The notes: generated by a model not told the origin, from the sequence alone. DNA of 38,498 bases from Gammaproteobacteria bacterium (GCA_041623375.1 JBFJXA010000003.1:1-38498); one strand, 5' to 3'. Positions 1 through 9,973 are shown, counted from the stretch's first letter. Program-made: numbers and translations.

Positions 1-1
1 C

Positions 2-889
2 ATGGTGTATGACATCATGAACGATAAGCAACGGAAGGATTTTGAGGAGTTTCTCGAGACCGACTTCTCGTTCGAGATCCCCAAGCTTGCGCGTTTTCGT
101 GTCAACGCATTCAACCAGAATCGCGGTTGCGCCGCTGTCTTTCGAACGATTCCTTCGGAGATATTGACGCTGGATGACCTCGGCGCACCACGTATTTTCA
201 AGGATATTGCGATGCACCCGCGCGGCCTCGTTCTCGTGACGGGACCGACCGGCTCGGGTAAGTCGACGACGCTCGCCGCAATGATCGATTACGTCAACGA
301 CAACAAACCGGATCACGTTCTCACGATCGAGGATCCGATCGAATTCGTTCACGAAAGCAAGAAATCGCTCATCAATCAGCGCGAGGTACATCGCGACACG
401 CTGGGCTTCGCCGAGGCGTTGCGCTCGGCATTGCGCGAAGACCCCGATGTCGTGCTCGTCGGTGAGATGCGTGACCTCGAGACGATACGCCTGGCCCTTA
501 CGGCCGCCGAGACCGGTCATCTGGTCTTCGGGACGTTGCATACGAGCTCGGCTGCGAAAACCATCGACCGCGTCGTCGACGTATTTCCGGCAGCGGAGAA
601 AGAGATGGTCCGCAGCATGCTTTCGGAATCGCTGCGTGCAGTCATCTCTCAGACCTTGCTCAAGCGAACCGGAGGCGGACGGGTCGCCGCACACGAGATC
701 ATGATCGGTTCGCCGGCTATTCGAAACCTCATTAGAGAGGGCAAGATCGCGCAGATGTATTCGGCAATTCAAACCGGCCAGTCGCTGGGTATGCAGACCC
801 TGGACCAGAACCTGCAGGAGCTCATGGGCAAGGGCCTGATCACGAAGGAAGAAGCCCGCTTCAAAGCCGTGAATAAGGAAAACTTCTAG
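2..889 (+). CDS. pilT: Type IV pilus retraction ATPase PilT (5'-truncated by window edge)
   Basis: Walker A GPTGSGKST, Asp box TIEDPIE, Walker B DVVLVGEMRD, His box AETGHLVFGTLH, PilT-specific AIRNLIRE motif. Confidence 0.97.
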   Translation: MVYDIMNDKQRKDFEEFLETDFSFEIPKLARFRVNAFNQNRGCAAVFRTIPSEILTLDDLGAPRIFKDIAMHPRGLVLVTGPTGSGKSTTLAAMIDYVNDNKPDHVLTIEDPIEFVHESKKSLINQREVHRDTLGFAEALRSALREDPDVVLVGEMRDLETIRLALTAAETGHLVFGTLHTSSAAKTIDRVVDVFPAAEKEMVRSMLSESLRAVISQTLLKRTGGGRVAAHEIMIGSPAIRNLIREGKIAQMYSAIQTGQSLGMQTLDQNLQELMGKGLITKEEARFKAVNKENF

Positions 890-921
890 CGTTGCTAGTC
901 GGTATATAGGAGCGCGTCGGT

Positions 922-2085
922 ATGGAACGCGACCAAGCAGTCAGGCTGACACAAAATTTGTTGAAGAAGATGGTCGAGCAGAACGGCTCTGACCTCTTCA
1001 TAACGGCGGGGTTTCCACCGGCTATCAAAGTCGACGGTGCCATCAAGCCGTATGCCGATCGTCCGCTTACGCCGGAGCAAAGCTCTCTCATCGTTCGCTC
1101 AATCATGAACGATCGACAGGCCAAGGAGTTCGATGCGACGAAAGAATGTAACTTCGCCATCGCCCCACAGGGCATCGGCCGTTTCCGCGTCAGCGCGTTC
1201 GTGCAGCAGGGTCGAGTCGGCGCCGTATTGCGCACGATCGTAACGAAGATTCCGACGTTCGAGGATCTGGACCTGCCCGAGCAGCTCAAAGATGTCGCAA
1301 TGACGAAGCGCGGCCTGTGTCTCGTCGTCGGCGGTACGGGTTCGGGTAAATCGACGACCCTTGCGACGATGATCGGGCACCGAAACCAGAACTCGCAGGG
1401 TCACATCATCACGATCGAGGATCCGGTCGAGTATATGCATCCGCACCAGGGCTGCGTCGTCACGCATCGCGAGGTCGGCGTAGATACGGATAGCTGGCAT
1501 AACGCCCTCAAGAACACGCTGCGTCAAGCGCCCGACGTCATCATGATCGGTGAGATTCGCGACCAGGAAACGATGATGTACGGTATCCAGTTTGCGGAGA
1601 CGGGCCATCTTTGCGTTGCGACATTGCATGCGAACAGCGCCAACCAGGCACTCGACCGCATCATCAATTTCTTCCCCGAGGAGCGGCGCCACCAGTTGCT
1701 CATGGACCTGTCATTGAATATTACCGCGATGATTTCGCAGCGGCTGATTCCTCGGGAGAACGGCATGGGTCGCGTCGCCGCCATGGAGATCATGTTGGCG
1801 TCACCTCTGATCAGCGACTTGATCTTCCGTGGAGAAGTCGCGCAGATCAAAGAGATCATGGCGAAGTCCAACCGTCTGGGGATGCAGACATTCGATCAGG
1901 CGCTGTTTCGCCTCTATGAGGACGGTGTGATTTCCTACGAAGAAGCCATGCGCAACGCCGACTCGAAGAATGAGTTGAGGCTCAAGATCAAGCTCGAGAG
2001 CAAGCGCGAAGAAGGCTCTAGCCAGCCGCATGGCGAAAGCCTGGTCCTCGTGGACGACGACGAGAACAAGGCGGTCAGGTTCTAG
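922..2085 (+). CDS. pilU: Type IV pilus retraction ATPase PilU
   Basis: GSDLFITAGFPP N-terminus, GGTGSGKST, LKNTLRQAPDVI, HANSANQALDRIINFFPEE; directly after pilT; AGGAG RBS. Confidence 0.95.
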   Translation: MERDQAVRLTQNLLKKMVEQNGSDLFITAGFPPAIKVDGAIKPYADRPLTPEQSSLIVRSIMNDRQAKEFDATKECNFAIAPQGIGRFRVSAFVQQGRVGAVLRTIVTKIPTFEDLDLPEQLKDVAMTKRGLCLVVGGTGSGKSTTLATMIGHRNQNSQGHIITIEDPVEYMHPHQGCVVTHREVGVDTDSWHNALKNTLRQAPDVIMIGEIRDQETMMYGIQFAETGHLCVATLHANSANQALDRIINFFPEERRHQLLMDLSLNITAMISQRLIPRENGMGRVAAMEIMLASPLISDLIFRGEVAQIKEIMAKSNRLGMQTFDQALFRLYEDGVISYEEAMRNADSKNELRLKIKLESKREEGSSQPHGESLVLVDDDENKAVRF

Positions 2086-2116
2086 CCAGCAGCTCTGGTC
2101 GATATCTCCCGGCGCC

Positions 2117-3172
2117 ATGAACGTCAAGCCACTCTTCAAGCTCATGGTGAATAAGAAGGCCTCCGATCTCTTCTTCACCACGCACGCTCCCGTCATGATC
2201 AAGATCGACGGCAAGATCATGCCCGTCAACAAGATGGAGCTGACCCCGAAGATGGTGCGCCAGGCGGCGCTGGAGCTCATGAACGAGAATCAGCTCGAGG
2301 AGTTCACACGCAGCCTCGAGATCGATTTCGCTGTTTCCGAGCCGGGCCTCGGAAGGTTTCGCGTCAATATCTTCCATCAGCGCGGCAACGTCGCGATGGT
2401 GCTGCGCTATGTTACGCCGGTTTTGCCGACGCTCGAGGAGCTCGGCATGCCCGACTCGCTCAAAGACCTCGTCATGCTGCGTCGCGGACTCATACTCATG
2501 GTCGGCGCGGCGGGCTCGGGTAAGTCGACGACACTGGCGGCAATGATCAATTACCGTAATCAGAACGCGGCCTCGCATATCGTCACGATCGAGGATCCGA
2601 TCGAGTTCCTGCACAGCAATCAGCGATCGATCGTGAATCAGCGCGAAATCGGGCTCGATACGATCTCTTATGAGCGGGCGCTACGCAGCGCGATGCGAGA
2701 GGCGCCGGACGTTATCCTGATCGGCGAGATTCGCGACCGTACGACGATGCAGGCGGCAATCGATCTGGCAGGAACGGGTCATCTGGCCATAGCCACCCTG
2801 CACGCCAACAACGCACCCGAGACGCTCGATCGCATCATCAACATGTATCCGAGCGAGCAGCATGCCCAGGTGTTCATGGACCTCGGCCAGTACATTCGCG
2901 CGATCATTTCACAGCGCCTCGTTCGCAGCAAGCAGGGCAAGCGCGTCGCGGCCGTAGAGCTCATGCTCAACACGGCGCATATTGCCGAGCTCATCCACAA
3001 AGGCGACATCAGCGGCGTCAAAGAGGCGTTCAAGCAGACCAACGAACCGGGCATGCAGGATTTCGACGGCGCGTTGCTGCACCTTTACAGTAGCGGTTCG
3101 ATCAGCATGGAAGAGGCGCTCGCCAACGCCGATTCGCGCGCCGACCTCGAAGCGAAGATCAATTTCGGTTAG
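2117..3172 (+). CDS. Second PilU-like PilT/PilU family ATPase
   Basis: Start moved to ATG 2117 (MNVKPLFKLMV..ASDLFF); GAAGSGKST, TIEDPIE, DVILIGEIRD, GHLAIATLHANN; ends EEALANADS like PilU. Confidence 0.9.
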   Translation: MNVKPLFKLMVNKKASDLFFTTHAPVMIKIDGKIMPVNKMELTPKMVRQAALELMNENQLEEFTRSLEIDFAVSEPGLGRFRVNIFHQRGNVAMVLRYVTPVLPTLEELGMPDSLKDLVMLRRGLILMVGAAGSGKSTTLAAMINYRNQNAASHIVTIEDPIEFLHSNQRSIVNQREIGLDTISYERALRSAMREAPDVILIGEIRDRTTMQAAIDLAGTGHLAIATLHANNAPETLDRIINMYPSEQHAQVFMDLGQYIRAIISQRLVRSKQGKRVAAVELMLNTAHIAELIHKGDISGVKEAFKQTNEPGMQDFDGALLHLYSSGSISMEEALANADSRADLEAKINFG

Positions 3173-3328
3173 CTGAAACGCGCGTTCAGACGCGAGGTGC
3201 CTAGGGCGACGCGTACGCGATTCCGTGCGCGACGGTGGCCGCGCTCGGGGCCCCTCGGTACGGGCCTCATTCCGCTCGTCGCGAACCGCGGCCCAGCGCG
3301 ATCACCGGCACCGACTAATCAATCTCCT

Positions 3329-4204
3329 CTAGCCGGGAAATACCTCTGCGGCGTCGAAGACCGGCCCATCGACGCAGACGCGTTTCATGACGATGCCTTC
3401 GGGCGTGTGCAGCGGCACGATGCACCCTGCGCACCCACCGACGCCGCAGGCCATGAACTCCTCGACTGCGACCTGGCAGGGCAGCTCGAACTCGCGCGCG
3501 AGCGCTGCGGTCGCTTCGAGCATCGCATGCGGTCCGCAGCTGACGATCTGAGTGGCGCCGAGGGACTCAGCCGACTGCGCCTGGAGCCACCTTCGTGCGA
3601 GCGCCGGCGCGAAGCCGTCGAAACAACCTTCGAAACCGGCTTTTGTTGCGAGCGCCGAAGGGATGCCCCACGTCTCCAGCTGTGCGACCGCCAGGCTCGC
3701 GGAGTCGGGGATGCCCGGGAGCGTCGCCGACCGCGTGGTCAGCTCGAATGGAAACGGAACCTCCGAGCCCATGATGACGACGAGCTCGAAGCGATTATCT
3801 GCGCGAAGCGACTCGGCAAGAAAATAGATGGGCGGGATGCCCACGCCACCGGCGACCGCGAGAATGATGGGGCGCCGGGGATCGGGGGTGAAGCCTCGGC
3901 CGATGGGGCCCAGCACGCTGACAGTCTCATCCGTCGCGCGCTCTGCGAGCTTCTCGAGCCCCAGACCGACCGGCTTGTAGAGAAACTCGAGCCAGCCGGC
4001 TTGCGCATCGGCACTCAAGATGGACAAGGGCCGTCGCATCGGAATCAGAGGGTCGCAAGTCAAATGAGCGAACGTGCCGGGCACGGCGCGCTCGGCGCAG
4101 CGCGGCGCGCTCACGCGCAATATGAATTGATCGCCTGGAAACACGGTCTGCGAAAGAATCGGAGCGTCCTCTAGGCAGATCGTTCCTCGGTCGGCTTGGC
4201 TCAC
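3329..4204 (-). CDS. Dihydroorotate dehydrogenase electron-transfer subunit-like protein (PyrK family, FAD/NAD-binding, 2Fe-2S)
   Basis: MRRPLSI flavin motif, AGGVGIPP NAD motif, CGPHAML, MACGVGGCAGC...VCVDGPVF [2Fe-2S] signature; GTG start overlaps pyrB stop. Confidence 0.88.
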   Translation of the reverse strand: MSQADRGTICLEDAPILSQTVFPGDQFILRVSAPRCAERAVPGTFAHLTCDPLIPMRRPLSILSADAQAGWLEFLYKPVGLGLEKLAERATDETVSVLGPIGRGFTPDPRRPIILAVAGGVGIPPIYFLAESLRADNRFELVVIMGSEVPFPFELTTRSATLPGIPDSASLAVAQLETWGIPSALATKAGFEGCFDGFAPALARRWLQAQSAESLGATQIVSCGPHAMLEATAALAREFELPCQVAVEEFMACGVGGCAGCIVPLHTPEGIVMKRVCVDGPVFDAAEVFPG

Positions 4205-5175
4205 GACCGTTCTCCACGCATCGTCAGAACGTGCTCGTAGACGAGCGCCAAAACTGCCATGCGAACTGCGAGACCGTTCGTGACCTGCTCTTGTATGACC
4301 GAGCGATGACCGTCGGCCAGTGCGCCGTCGATCTCGACGCCGCGGTTCATGGGTCCGGGATGCATGACGATCGCATCGGGCTTGGCAACCTTCATGCGCT
4401 CGTCGTTGAGCCCGTAGCGGCGAAAATATTCCTGGGGATCGGGAATCGAATCGAGCTGCGCGAATCGTTCTTTCTGAATACGCAGCGCCATGACGACATC
4501 GGCGCCCTCGATACCGCTATCGAGGTCGGAGTAGCTCTGGGTTCCCTCGAAAGCTTCTTCTGGCAGCAGCTCTTGCGGGCCGACGAGCCGTAACTCGCCA
4601 ACACCGAGCTTCGTTAGCGCCTGCGTCGCCGAGCGGGCCACGCGCGAATGTCTGATGTCGCCGACGATGGCCACACGAAGGTTGCCGACGTCGCCCTTGT
4701 GCTTCTGGATCGTCATTAGATCGAGCAAGCCCTGGGTCGGATGAGACACTTCGGATTCACCCGCATTCAGCACAGAAACATGCGGGAGGACGTGGTCCGC
4801 GATACGCATGGGTACACCCGTGCTCGCATCTCTGACTACGAAAATGTCCACCTGCATGGCCTGCAACGTGTAGATCGTATCGAGCAAGCTCTCGCCTTTT
4901 GCGCGCGCCGACATGTTGACGTCGAGATTCAGCACATCGGCGCTGAGACGCTTCGCCGCGAGCTCGAACGATGCACGGGTCCTCGTGCTCGCCTCGAAGA
5001 AAAGATTCGCGACGGTCTGGCCCTCGAGAATCGTATCTTGCGGCGGCGGTTGACCGATCGGCGTCGAGTAGTGGTGCGCGCGTTCGATGATCCTCTCGAT
5101 ATCGGTCCGCTTCAGATCCGCCAATGTGATGAGATGACGTAGCTGGCCTCGCTCGTTGAGTTGCGCGACCGTCAT
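4201..5175 (-). CDS. pyrB: Aspartate carbamoyltransferase catalytic subunit
   Basis: FFEASTRTRASFE, HPTQGLLD, GDIRHSRVARS, HPGPMNRGVEI; ATG 5175 overlaps ruvX stop (ATGA). Confidence 0.96.
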   Translation of the reverse strand: MTVAQLNERGQLRHLITLADLKRTDIERIIERAHHYSTPIGQPPPQDTILEGQTVANLFFEASTRTRASFELAAKRLSADVLNLDVNMSARAKGESLLDTIYTLQAMQVDIFVVRDASTGVPMRIADHVLPHVSVLNAGESEVSHPTQGLLDLMTIQKHKGDVGNLRVAIVGDIRHSRVARSATQALTKLGVGELRLVGPQELLPEEAFEGTQSYSDLDSGIEGADVVMALRIQKERFAQLDSIPDPQEYFRRYGLNDERMKVAKPDAIVMHPGPMNRGVEIDGALADGHRSVIQEQVTNGLAVRMAVLALVYEHVLTMRGERS

Positions 5176-5597
5176 TGCTCTCTGAGCCACTGTTCGGCAA
5201 TTAGGCAGGCGGCGTGGCTGTCCACGGTTCCTTTACGAATTCGTTTCGGCATGAGCTGATCCCGGCGCGCCATGATAAGTTCGGACTCGGCCGCACGTGA
5301 AGTCAGCGACTCGTCGGTTGTCGCGACGGGTAGCCCGAAGCGGTCCGCGAGCTCGGTCGCGAACGCCGTGGCCGCCTCGGCGATCGGCTCCGCCGAAGGG
5401 TCCGGTAGCCCAACGACGAGCTGAGCGGGCTGCCACTGCTCGATAATCGTCTCGATCTGCTCCCACGGCGGCTGCGAGCCGGCCTCGAGCGTTGTCAGCG
5501 GGGTAGCGGTCCCGGTGCGTCGGTTGGCCGTGGCCACGCCGATGCGGCGCAGACCGAAGTCGAAAGCCAGCAACAGATCGGCCTGCCCGCGCGTCAT
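5172..5597 (-). CDS. ruvX: YqgF/RuvX pre-16S rRNA nuclease
   Basis: LAFDFGLRRIGVA, LVVGLP, DESLTS, VDSHAACLIAEQWL; follows yqgE; start moved to ATG 5597. Confidence 0.93.
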   Translation of the reverse strand: MTRGQADLLLAFDFGLRRIGVATANRRTGTATPLTTLEAGSQPPWEQIETIIEQWQPAQLVVGLPDPSAEPIAEAATAFATELADRFGLPVATTDESLTSRAAESELIMARRDQLMPKRIRKGTVDSHAACLIAEQWLREQ

Positions 5598-5667
5598 GCG
5601 GGGATTTCCGGCAAGCTTGAGGGGGATTCCGGGCGGCAGCGTGGATTTCGAGGAGCGATTGCCGGCG

Positions 5668-6222
5668 TCAAGCGTGTCCTGCATAGCTCGTGAGCTGGCT
5701 GATATTAACGCCGAGCAGACCGGCCGCGGCGGCCCACCGCTGGTCGAACGGCGTGTCGAAGATCAGGGACGGGTCGGCTGGCACGCTGAGCCACGCGTTG
5801 GCGGCAATCTCGGCCTCGAGTTGACCCGCTCCCCAGCCGGCATAGCCCAGCGCCACGAGCGCCGGCCACGGGCCCTCGCCCGCGGCCATGGCCTGAAGAA
5901 TATCCTGGGACACCGTGACCTTCACGGCCGCGTCGTTATCGAGCGTCGACTCGAACGTCCGATCGCCCTGGTGCAGCACGAAACCGGTGCTCGGCTGGAC
6001 GGGCCCGCCGGCCAGCGCCGGCTGCTCCGCCTGGCGTTGATCGGCGACTTCGAGCTCGAGCTGCTCGAAGATATCCGCGACCCGCATGTCGAGCCGGCGG
6101 TTGATGATGATGCCGAGCGCGCCCTCTTCGTTGTGCTTGCACAGATACGTGACCGTGCCGTCGAAGTTCGGATCGCCCATGGCCGGCATGGCGATTAGAA
6201 AGTGATCCTGAAGCGTGCTCAT
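5668..6222 (-). CDS. yqgE: YqgE/AlgH family protein (DUF179)
   Basis: HFLIAMPAMGDPNF, GGPVQ..GFVLH, LGYAGWGAGQLEAE, ends AGHA; start moved to ATG 6222. Confidence 0.95.
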   Translation of the reverse strand: MSTLQDHFLIAMPAMGDPNFDGTVTYLCKHNEEGALGIIINRRLDMRVADIFEQLELEVADQRQAEQPALAGGPVQPSTGFVLHQGDRTFESTLDNDAAVKVTVSQDILQAMAAGEGPWPALVALGYAGWGAGQLEAEIAANAWLSVPADPSLIFDTPFDQRWAAAAGLLGVNISQLTSYAGHA

Positions 6223-6335
6223 GTCGGTCCTCGCCTTAGCAGGCGGGCGTCGGACGCCGCTGCGATAGCTACGATAGTGTAGCTTAGTTGACTGTTTTGG
6301 TCGTGACTGGTTCCCCGGTGCCTCGCACGGCTGCA

Positions 6336-7193
6336 CTAGGGGCGCGCCGGGACCGCCTCGGCGCCGAAGTCCCACTCGTAGGCAAACCGCAGCAACCCGT
6401 ACTCGGCACGGACCGTGTCCGGCAGCGGCTCGAAGGGTGCGGCCGAGCGCAATATGGTCAGCGCGGCTTGATCGAGTGCAGCGTTGCCCGAAGACTCGCG
6501 CACGACGATGGCTTCGAGACGACCGTCGGCATCGATCGTGACCTCGAGCGTCGGGTTGTTGCTGAATCCTCGGTCACGGGCCTCGGCCGGAAAATTCAGC
6601 GTGCCGATGCGCTCGACGCGGCGGCGCCAGCCGTCGAGGTAGTTTGCCAGCACGGACTCGCGCGTGCTCGGGCCCGCCGGCGCGTCGAGCTCGTCGGACT
6701 CGGGATTCTGCGCCTGAAGATCGATCTCTGCGGCGAAGGTTTGCTCGGCTTCGCGTGAAAGCAGGTTCGCTGCCAACTGCGCCTCGTCGGCAGGTTCCTC
6801 CGTGGGGTCGGGGACGGCATCGATCTGTGTCGCGGATTCTTCGCGAGTCACGAGACGGTCGGCCGTCGGCACGGGCTCGCGCGGCGCCGTATCGAAAAGA
6901 TCGGCACCACGTTGGCTGCCCTCTTGTGTAATCAGATGATCGGCGGCGAGCGTCGTCGTCGGCCGATCCCCCGGTGCCGCGCCGCCGGCACCGACGCGGG
7001 TTCGCTGGGCCAGATAGACGTCGTCTTCGGGAACGGCCTGCGTAGGACCGGTCTCCTGCACGAGCGTAACTCGCAGCGTGGGAATCAAATCCGAATCGCC
7101 GATTGGGCTGGCGGTGAACGTCACGCCGAGTATCACGATGCCGTGAAACAATACGGCAACGAAGAATGTCGAGCTCAGCCGGTCGGTGCTCAC
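6336..7193 (-). CDS. TonB family energy transducer (TonB3-like)
   Basis: N-terminal TM with His (AVLFHGIVILG), TonB C-domain YLDGWRRRVERIG..NFP, SSGNAALDQAA, AAPFEPLP; gshB-tonB-algH synteny. Confidence 0.85.
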   Translation of the reverse strand: MSTDRLSSTFFVAVLFHGIVILGVTFTASPIGDSDLIPTLRVTLVQETGPTQAVPEDDVYLAQRTRVGAGGAAPGDRPTTTLAADHLITQEGSQRGADLFDTAPREPVPTADRLVTREESATQIDAVPDPTEEPADEAQLAANLLSREAEQTFAAEIDLQAQNPESDELDAPAGPSTRESVLANYLDGWRRRVERIGTLNFPAEARDRGFSNNPTLEVTIDADGRLEAIVVRESSGNAALDQAALTILRSAAPFEPLPDTVRAEYGLLRFAYEWDFGAEAVPARP

Positions 7194-8254
7194 AGTGGCG
7201 ACTCCTGGCCGGAGCCTATGATTATATCGTGCTCCCGCGGTGCGACATCCAGACGCGCCGCCATCGCCGCAGTCAACTCGACTTCACCGCTCGCATCGAC
7301 ACGCAGGACGGAGCTTACGCCGAGCCGGCTTGCCGCCGCCCGCCAATGGCTCGGACCTGCAACGAATAGAGCCGTTGCCGCGGCGTCCGCGCGCGTCGGA
7401 TCCGTGTCGACGACAGTCAGGGCCTGCGTGTGAACGACGGGTCGTCCGGTCTTGGGGTCGAGCAGGTGGTGGAAGCGCTGGCCCTGAACCTCGTAGAACC
7501 GCTCATAGTCACCGGACGTGAACGCGGCCTCGCCGTCGCTGAGAGAAAGAATACCCAGCAAGCCGTCACCGCGCGGCTCCCGAATGCCGACGAGCCAAGG
7601 CCGGTCGTCGAGCGGCCGGCCCGTGACGGCGAGATCACCGCCGGCGTTTATGAGCGCCGAGTCGATGCCGTGGAGCTTGAGTGATGCGAGTAGCTCGTGG
7701 ACGGCTGCCCCCTTGGCGATGCCGCCGAGATCGAGCATGAGGCCGCGCTCGGTGCTGCGAATGCGCCGGCCATCGATCTCGAGCCGGTCGATGCCGCCGC
7801 TGGCTTCGAGGGTGGCCGCGATCGCCTCGGCGGAGGGCGGTTGTGTAACGGATTCGGCCGTCGTGTGAAATCCCCAGAGCTCCACGAGATTGCCGAGCCC
7901 GGGCTCGAAGAGACCACCACTCGCGCGGGACAATTCGCGCGCCCGGCTCAGCAGCCGGGCCATACCGGCGCTGACGACGATCTCGCGGCCGTCAGCGAGG
8001 GCTTCGTTCAGTCTCGCGAGCTCGCCGGCGGTCCATGGGTAGAAGTCCCGTTCGAACGTCTCGAGCGTCGATTCGATGTCTCCGAGCGCAGCGTCTGTCG
8101 TGACCGGCGACGAACTCACGAAACTGACGTCGACCCACGTTCCCATCGCGAAGAAACGTCTCTCGACGAGCTGTGCGCCCGCATCGGGTTCTTCGCAGCC
8201 GACGGCAAGCAAGCAGCATGCGCCGAGCAGGAATCTTGTCGAAGCCATGGCCAT
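7190..8254 (-). CDS. apbE: FAD:protein FMN transferase ApbE, predicted lipoprotein
   Basis: Lipobox LAVGC, AMGT, DLGGIAKG, NAGGDL, TSGDYER, HHLLDPKTG, ADAAATALF. Confidence 0.93.
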   Translation of the reverse strand: MAMASTRFLLGACCLLAVGCEEPDAGAQLVERRFFAMGTWVDVSFVSSSPVTTDAALGDIESTLETFERDFYPWTAGELARLNEALADGREIVVSAGMARLLSRARELSRASGGLFEPGLGNLVELWGFHTTAESVTQPPSAEAIAATLEASGGIDRLEIDGRRIRSTERGLMLDLGGIAKGAAVHELLASLKLHGIDSALINAGGDLAVTGRPLDDRPWLVGIREPRGDGLLGILSLSDGEAAFTSGDYERFYEVQGQRFHHLLDPKTGRPVVHTQALTVVDTDPTRADAAATALFVAGPSHWRAAASRLGVSSVLRVDASGEVELTAAMAARLDVAPREHDIIIGSGQESPL

Positions 8255-9213
8255 CAGCCGGATAGTCGTCGCTCCACTGCGCTCAGCAGCATATCAGCGA
8301 TATCGATACCGTACTGGCGATCGAGTTCACGAATTCCAGTCGGGCTCGTGACGTTGATCTCGGTGAGATAGTCGCCGATGACGTCGATGCCCGCGAATAT
8401 CACACCCTTGTCTCGCAGCACGGGACCAATCTGGCCACACAACCAACGATCCCGCTCGGTTAGTTCACGTCCTTCGCCTGTCGCGCCCATGACGAGATTG
8501 CCGCGCGGATCTTCCGGGCCCGGGATGCGCGCGAGCGCATACTCGACCGGTTCGCCATCGATCAACAAAATGCGTTTGTCGCCGGCCGTGATCTCGGGCA
8601 CATAGCGTTGGGCGATGGTGTATTTGCTGCCGTAGTCCGTCAGTGTCTCGAGGATGACGTTCGTGTTCGGATCGCCGTTATTCACGACGAAGATAGACCG
8701 CCCGCCCATTCCGTCGAGCGGCTTGAGCACGATCTTGCGTTGCTCGGCAAGAAAGGCCTTGATCTCGTCGATGCTGCGCGTGATCAGATTCGGCGGCGTG
8801 CAATGCGCAAACCAGGCGGTGTAGGCCTTCTCGTTGATGTCGCGCAGACTTCTCGGCTCGTTGACGACGAGCGTTCCGCGATCCTCCGCAAGCTGGAGTA
8901 TGTATGTCGTATAGATGTACTCCATATCGAACGGTGGATCCTTGCGCATGAACACGGCGTCGAGCGTGTCGAGGTTGTCCTTCCATGCACCGCCGAGCTC
9001 GAACCAGCGGTCGGCATCGTCATAAACCGTGATACGCCTGCCGTGGCCGATCGGTACGCCTTCACGTATGAGCAAATCCTGCTGGCGCAGGTAAACGAGC
9101 TCCCAGCCTCTGCGTTGCGCCGCGAGCAGCATGGCAAGTGTGGAATCTTTTGCCGGCGTGATGCCCTCGATCGGATCCATGACCATGCCGAGCCGGCGTT
9201 TCGTGTCTGCCAT
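8254..9213 (-). CDS. gshB: Glutathione synthetase
   Basis: MDPI..KDSTLAML, MRKDPPFDMEY, KPLDGMGG, RGNL, EINVTSPTG; ATG 9213 with GGAGAAG RBS. Confidence 0.97.
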   Translation of the reverse strand: MADTKRRLGMVMDPIEGITPAKDSTLAMLLAAQRRGWELVYLRQQDLLIREGVPIGHGRRITVYDDADRWFELGGAWKDNLDTLDAVFMRKDPPFDMEYIYTTYILQLAEDRGTLVVNEPRSLRDINEKAYTAWFAHCTPPNLITRSIDEIKAFLAEQRKIVLKPLDGMGGRSIFVVNNGDPNTNVILETLTDYGSKYTIAQRYVPEITAGDKRILLIDGEPVEYALARIPGPEDPRGNLVMGATGEGRELTERDRWLCGQIGPVLRDKGVIFAGIDVIGDYLTEINVTSPTGIRELDRQYGIDIADMLLSAVERRLSG

Positions 9214-9543
9214 GCGGTCTTCTCCGTCCTTTTTTGCGCGAACCGTCGCAGTCTGCGGAGCGCGGACGGCGGTACTATACCGTGAGGCGCTGATTCGGGT
9301 TGTCAGAAATCGTTTGCGCACGGAGCGTGGGAGCGGCCAACGACGCTTGGTTCAACGCGCGTTGCCGCCATGGAAGGCGCTCGGCCAATATGTTAAAAGG
9401 CGCGTGGGGCCCGGATGATGCTGTCGCTCGGTGCGGGTCGGCGCATCGGTCGGTGGTGTCGGTGTCGTGGCTCGTGGGAGTGCCGAGCGCGGTCCTCGGT
9501 GTTTCCGCGCAACGATCAGAGTCTTAAGACTCAGGAGGGGTTC

Positions 9544-9951
9544 GTGTCCGGTGACAGTGCTGCGGTTGCGAATAGGGGGCTCGCCGGCCTCAAGATACTC
9601 GTCATCGACGATAGCAAAACCATCAGAAGAACTGCAGAGACCCTATTAGCAAAGGAAGGCTGCGAGGTTTATACGGCCGTCGACGGCTTCGATGCGTTAT
9701 CGAAGATCGCGGACCACCATCCCGACATCATTTTCGTCGACATCATGATGCCGCGGCTCGATGGCTATCAAACGTGCGCTCTGATCAAGCACAACCAGGT
9801 TTTCAAGCAGACGCCCGTCATCATGTTGTCGAGCAAGGACGGGCTGTTCGATCGGGCGCGGGGACGGCTCGTCGGCTCGGAACAATATCTGACCAAGCCT
9901 TTCACCAAGGACGAGTTGCTCGGCGCCATTCAGAGTCATACGGGCCGATAG
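9544..9951 (+). CDS. pilG: Twitching motility response regulator PilG
   Basis: VIDDSKTIRRTAETLL..DIMMPRLDGYQTCALIK..LSSKDGLFDRARGR; GTG 9544 preceded by AGGAGG (9533-9538); divergent from gshB. Confidence 0.96.
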   Translation: MSGDSAAVANRGLAGLKILVIDDSKTIRRTAETLLAKEGCEVYTAVDGFDALSKIADHHPDIIFVDIMMPRLDGYQTCALIKHNQVFKQTPVIMLSSKDGLFDRARGRLVGSEQYLTKPFTKDELLGAIQSHTGR

Positions 9952-9973
9952 GCAGGCGCGAGGTACCCAGCGC

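Noticed and set aside
3197-4174. 325-aa plus-strand ORF and many other long overlapping ORFs (e.g. 23609-24832, 11826-12680, 32729-33577)
   Set aside because: Antisense or alternate-frame shadows of well-supported genes, expected in high-GC DNA; Arg/Pro-rich with no recognisable motifs.
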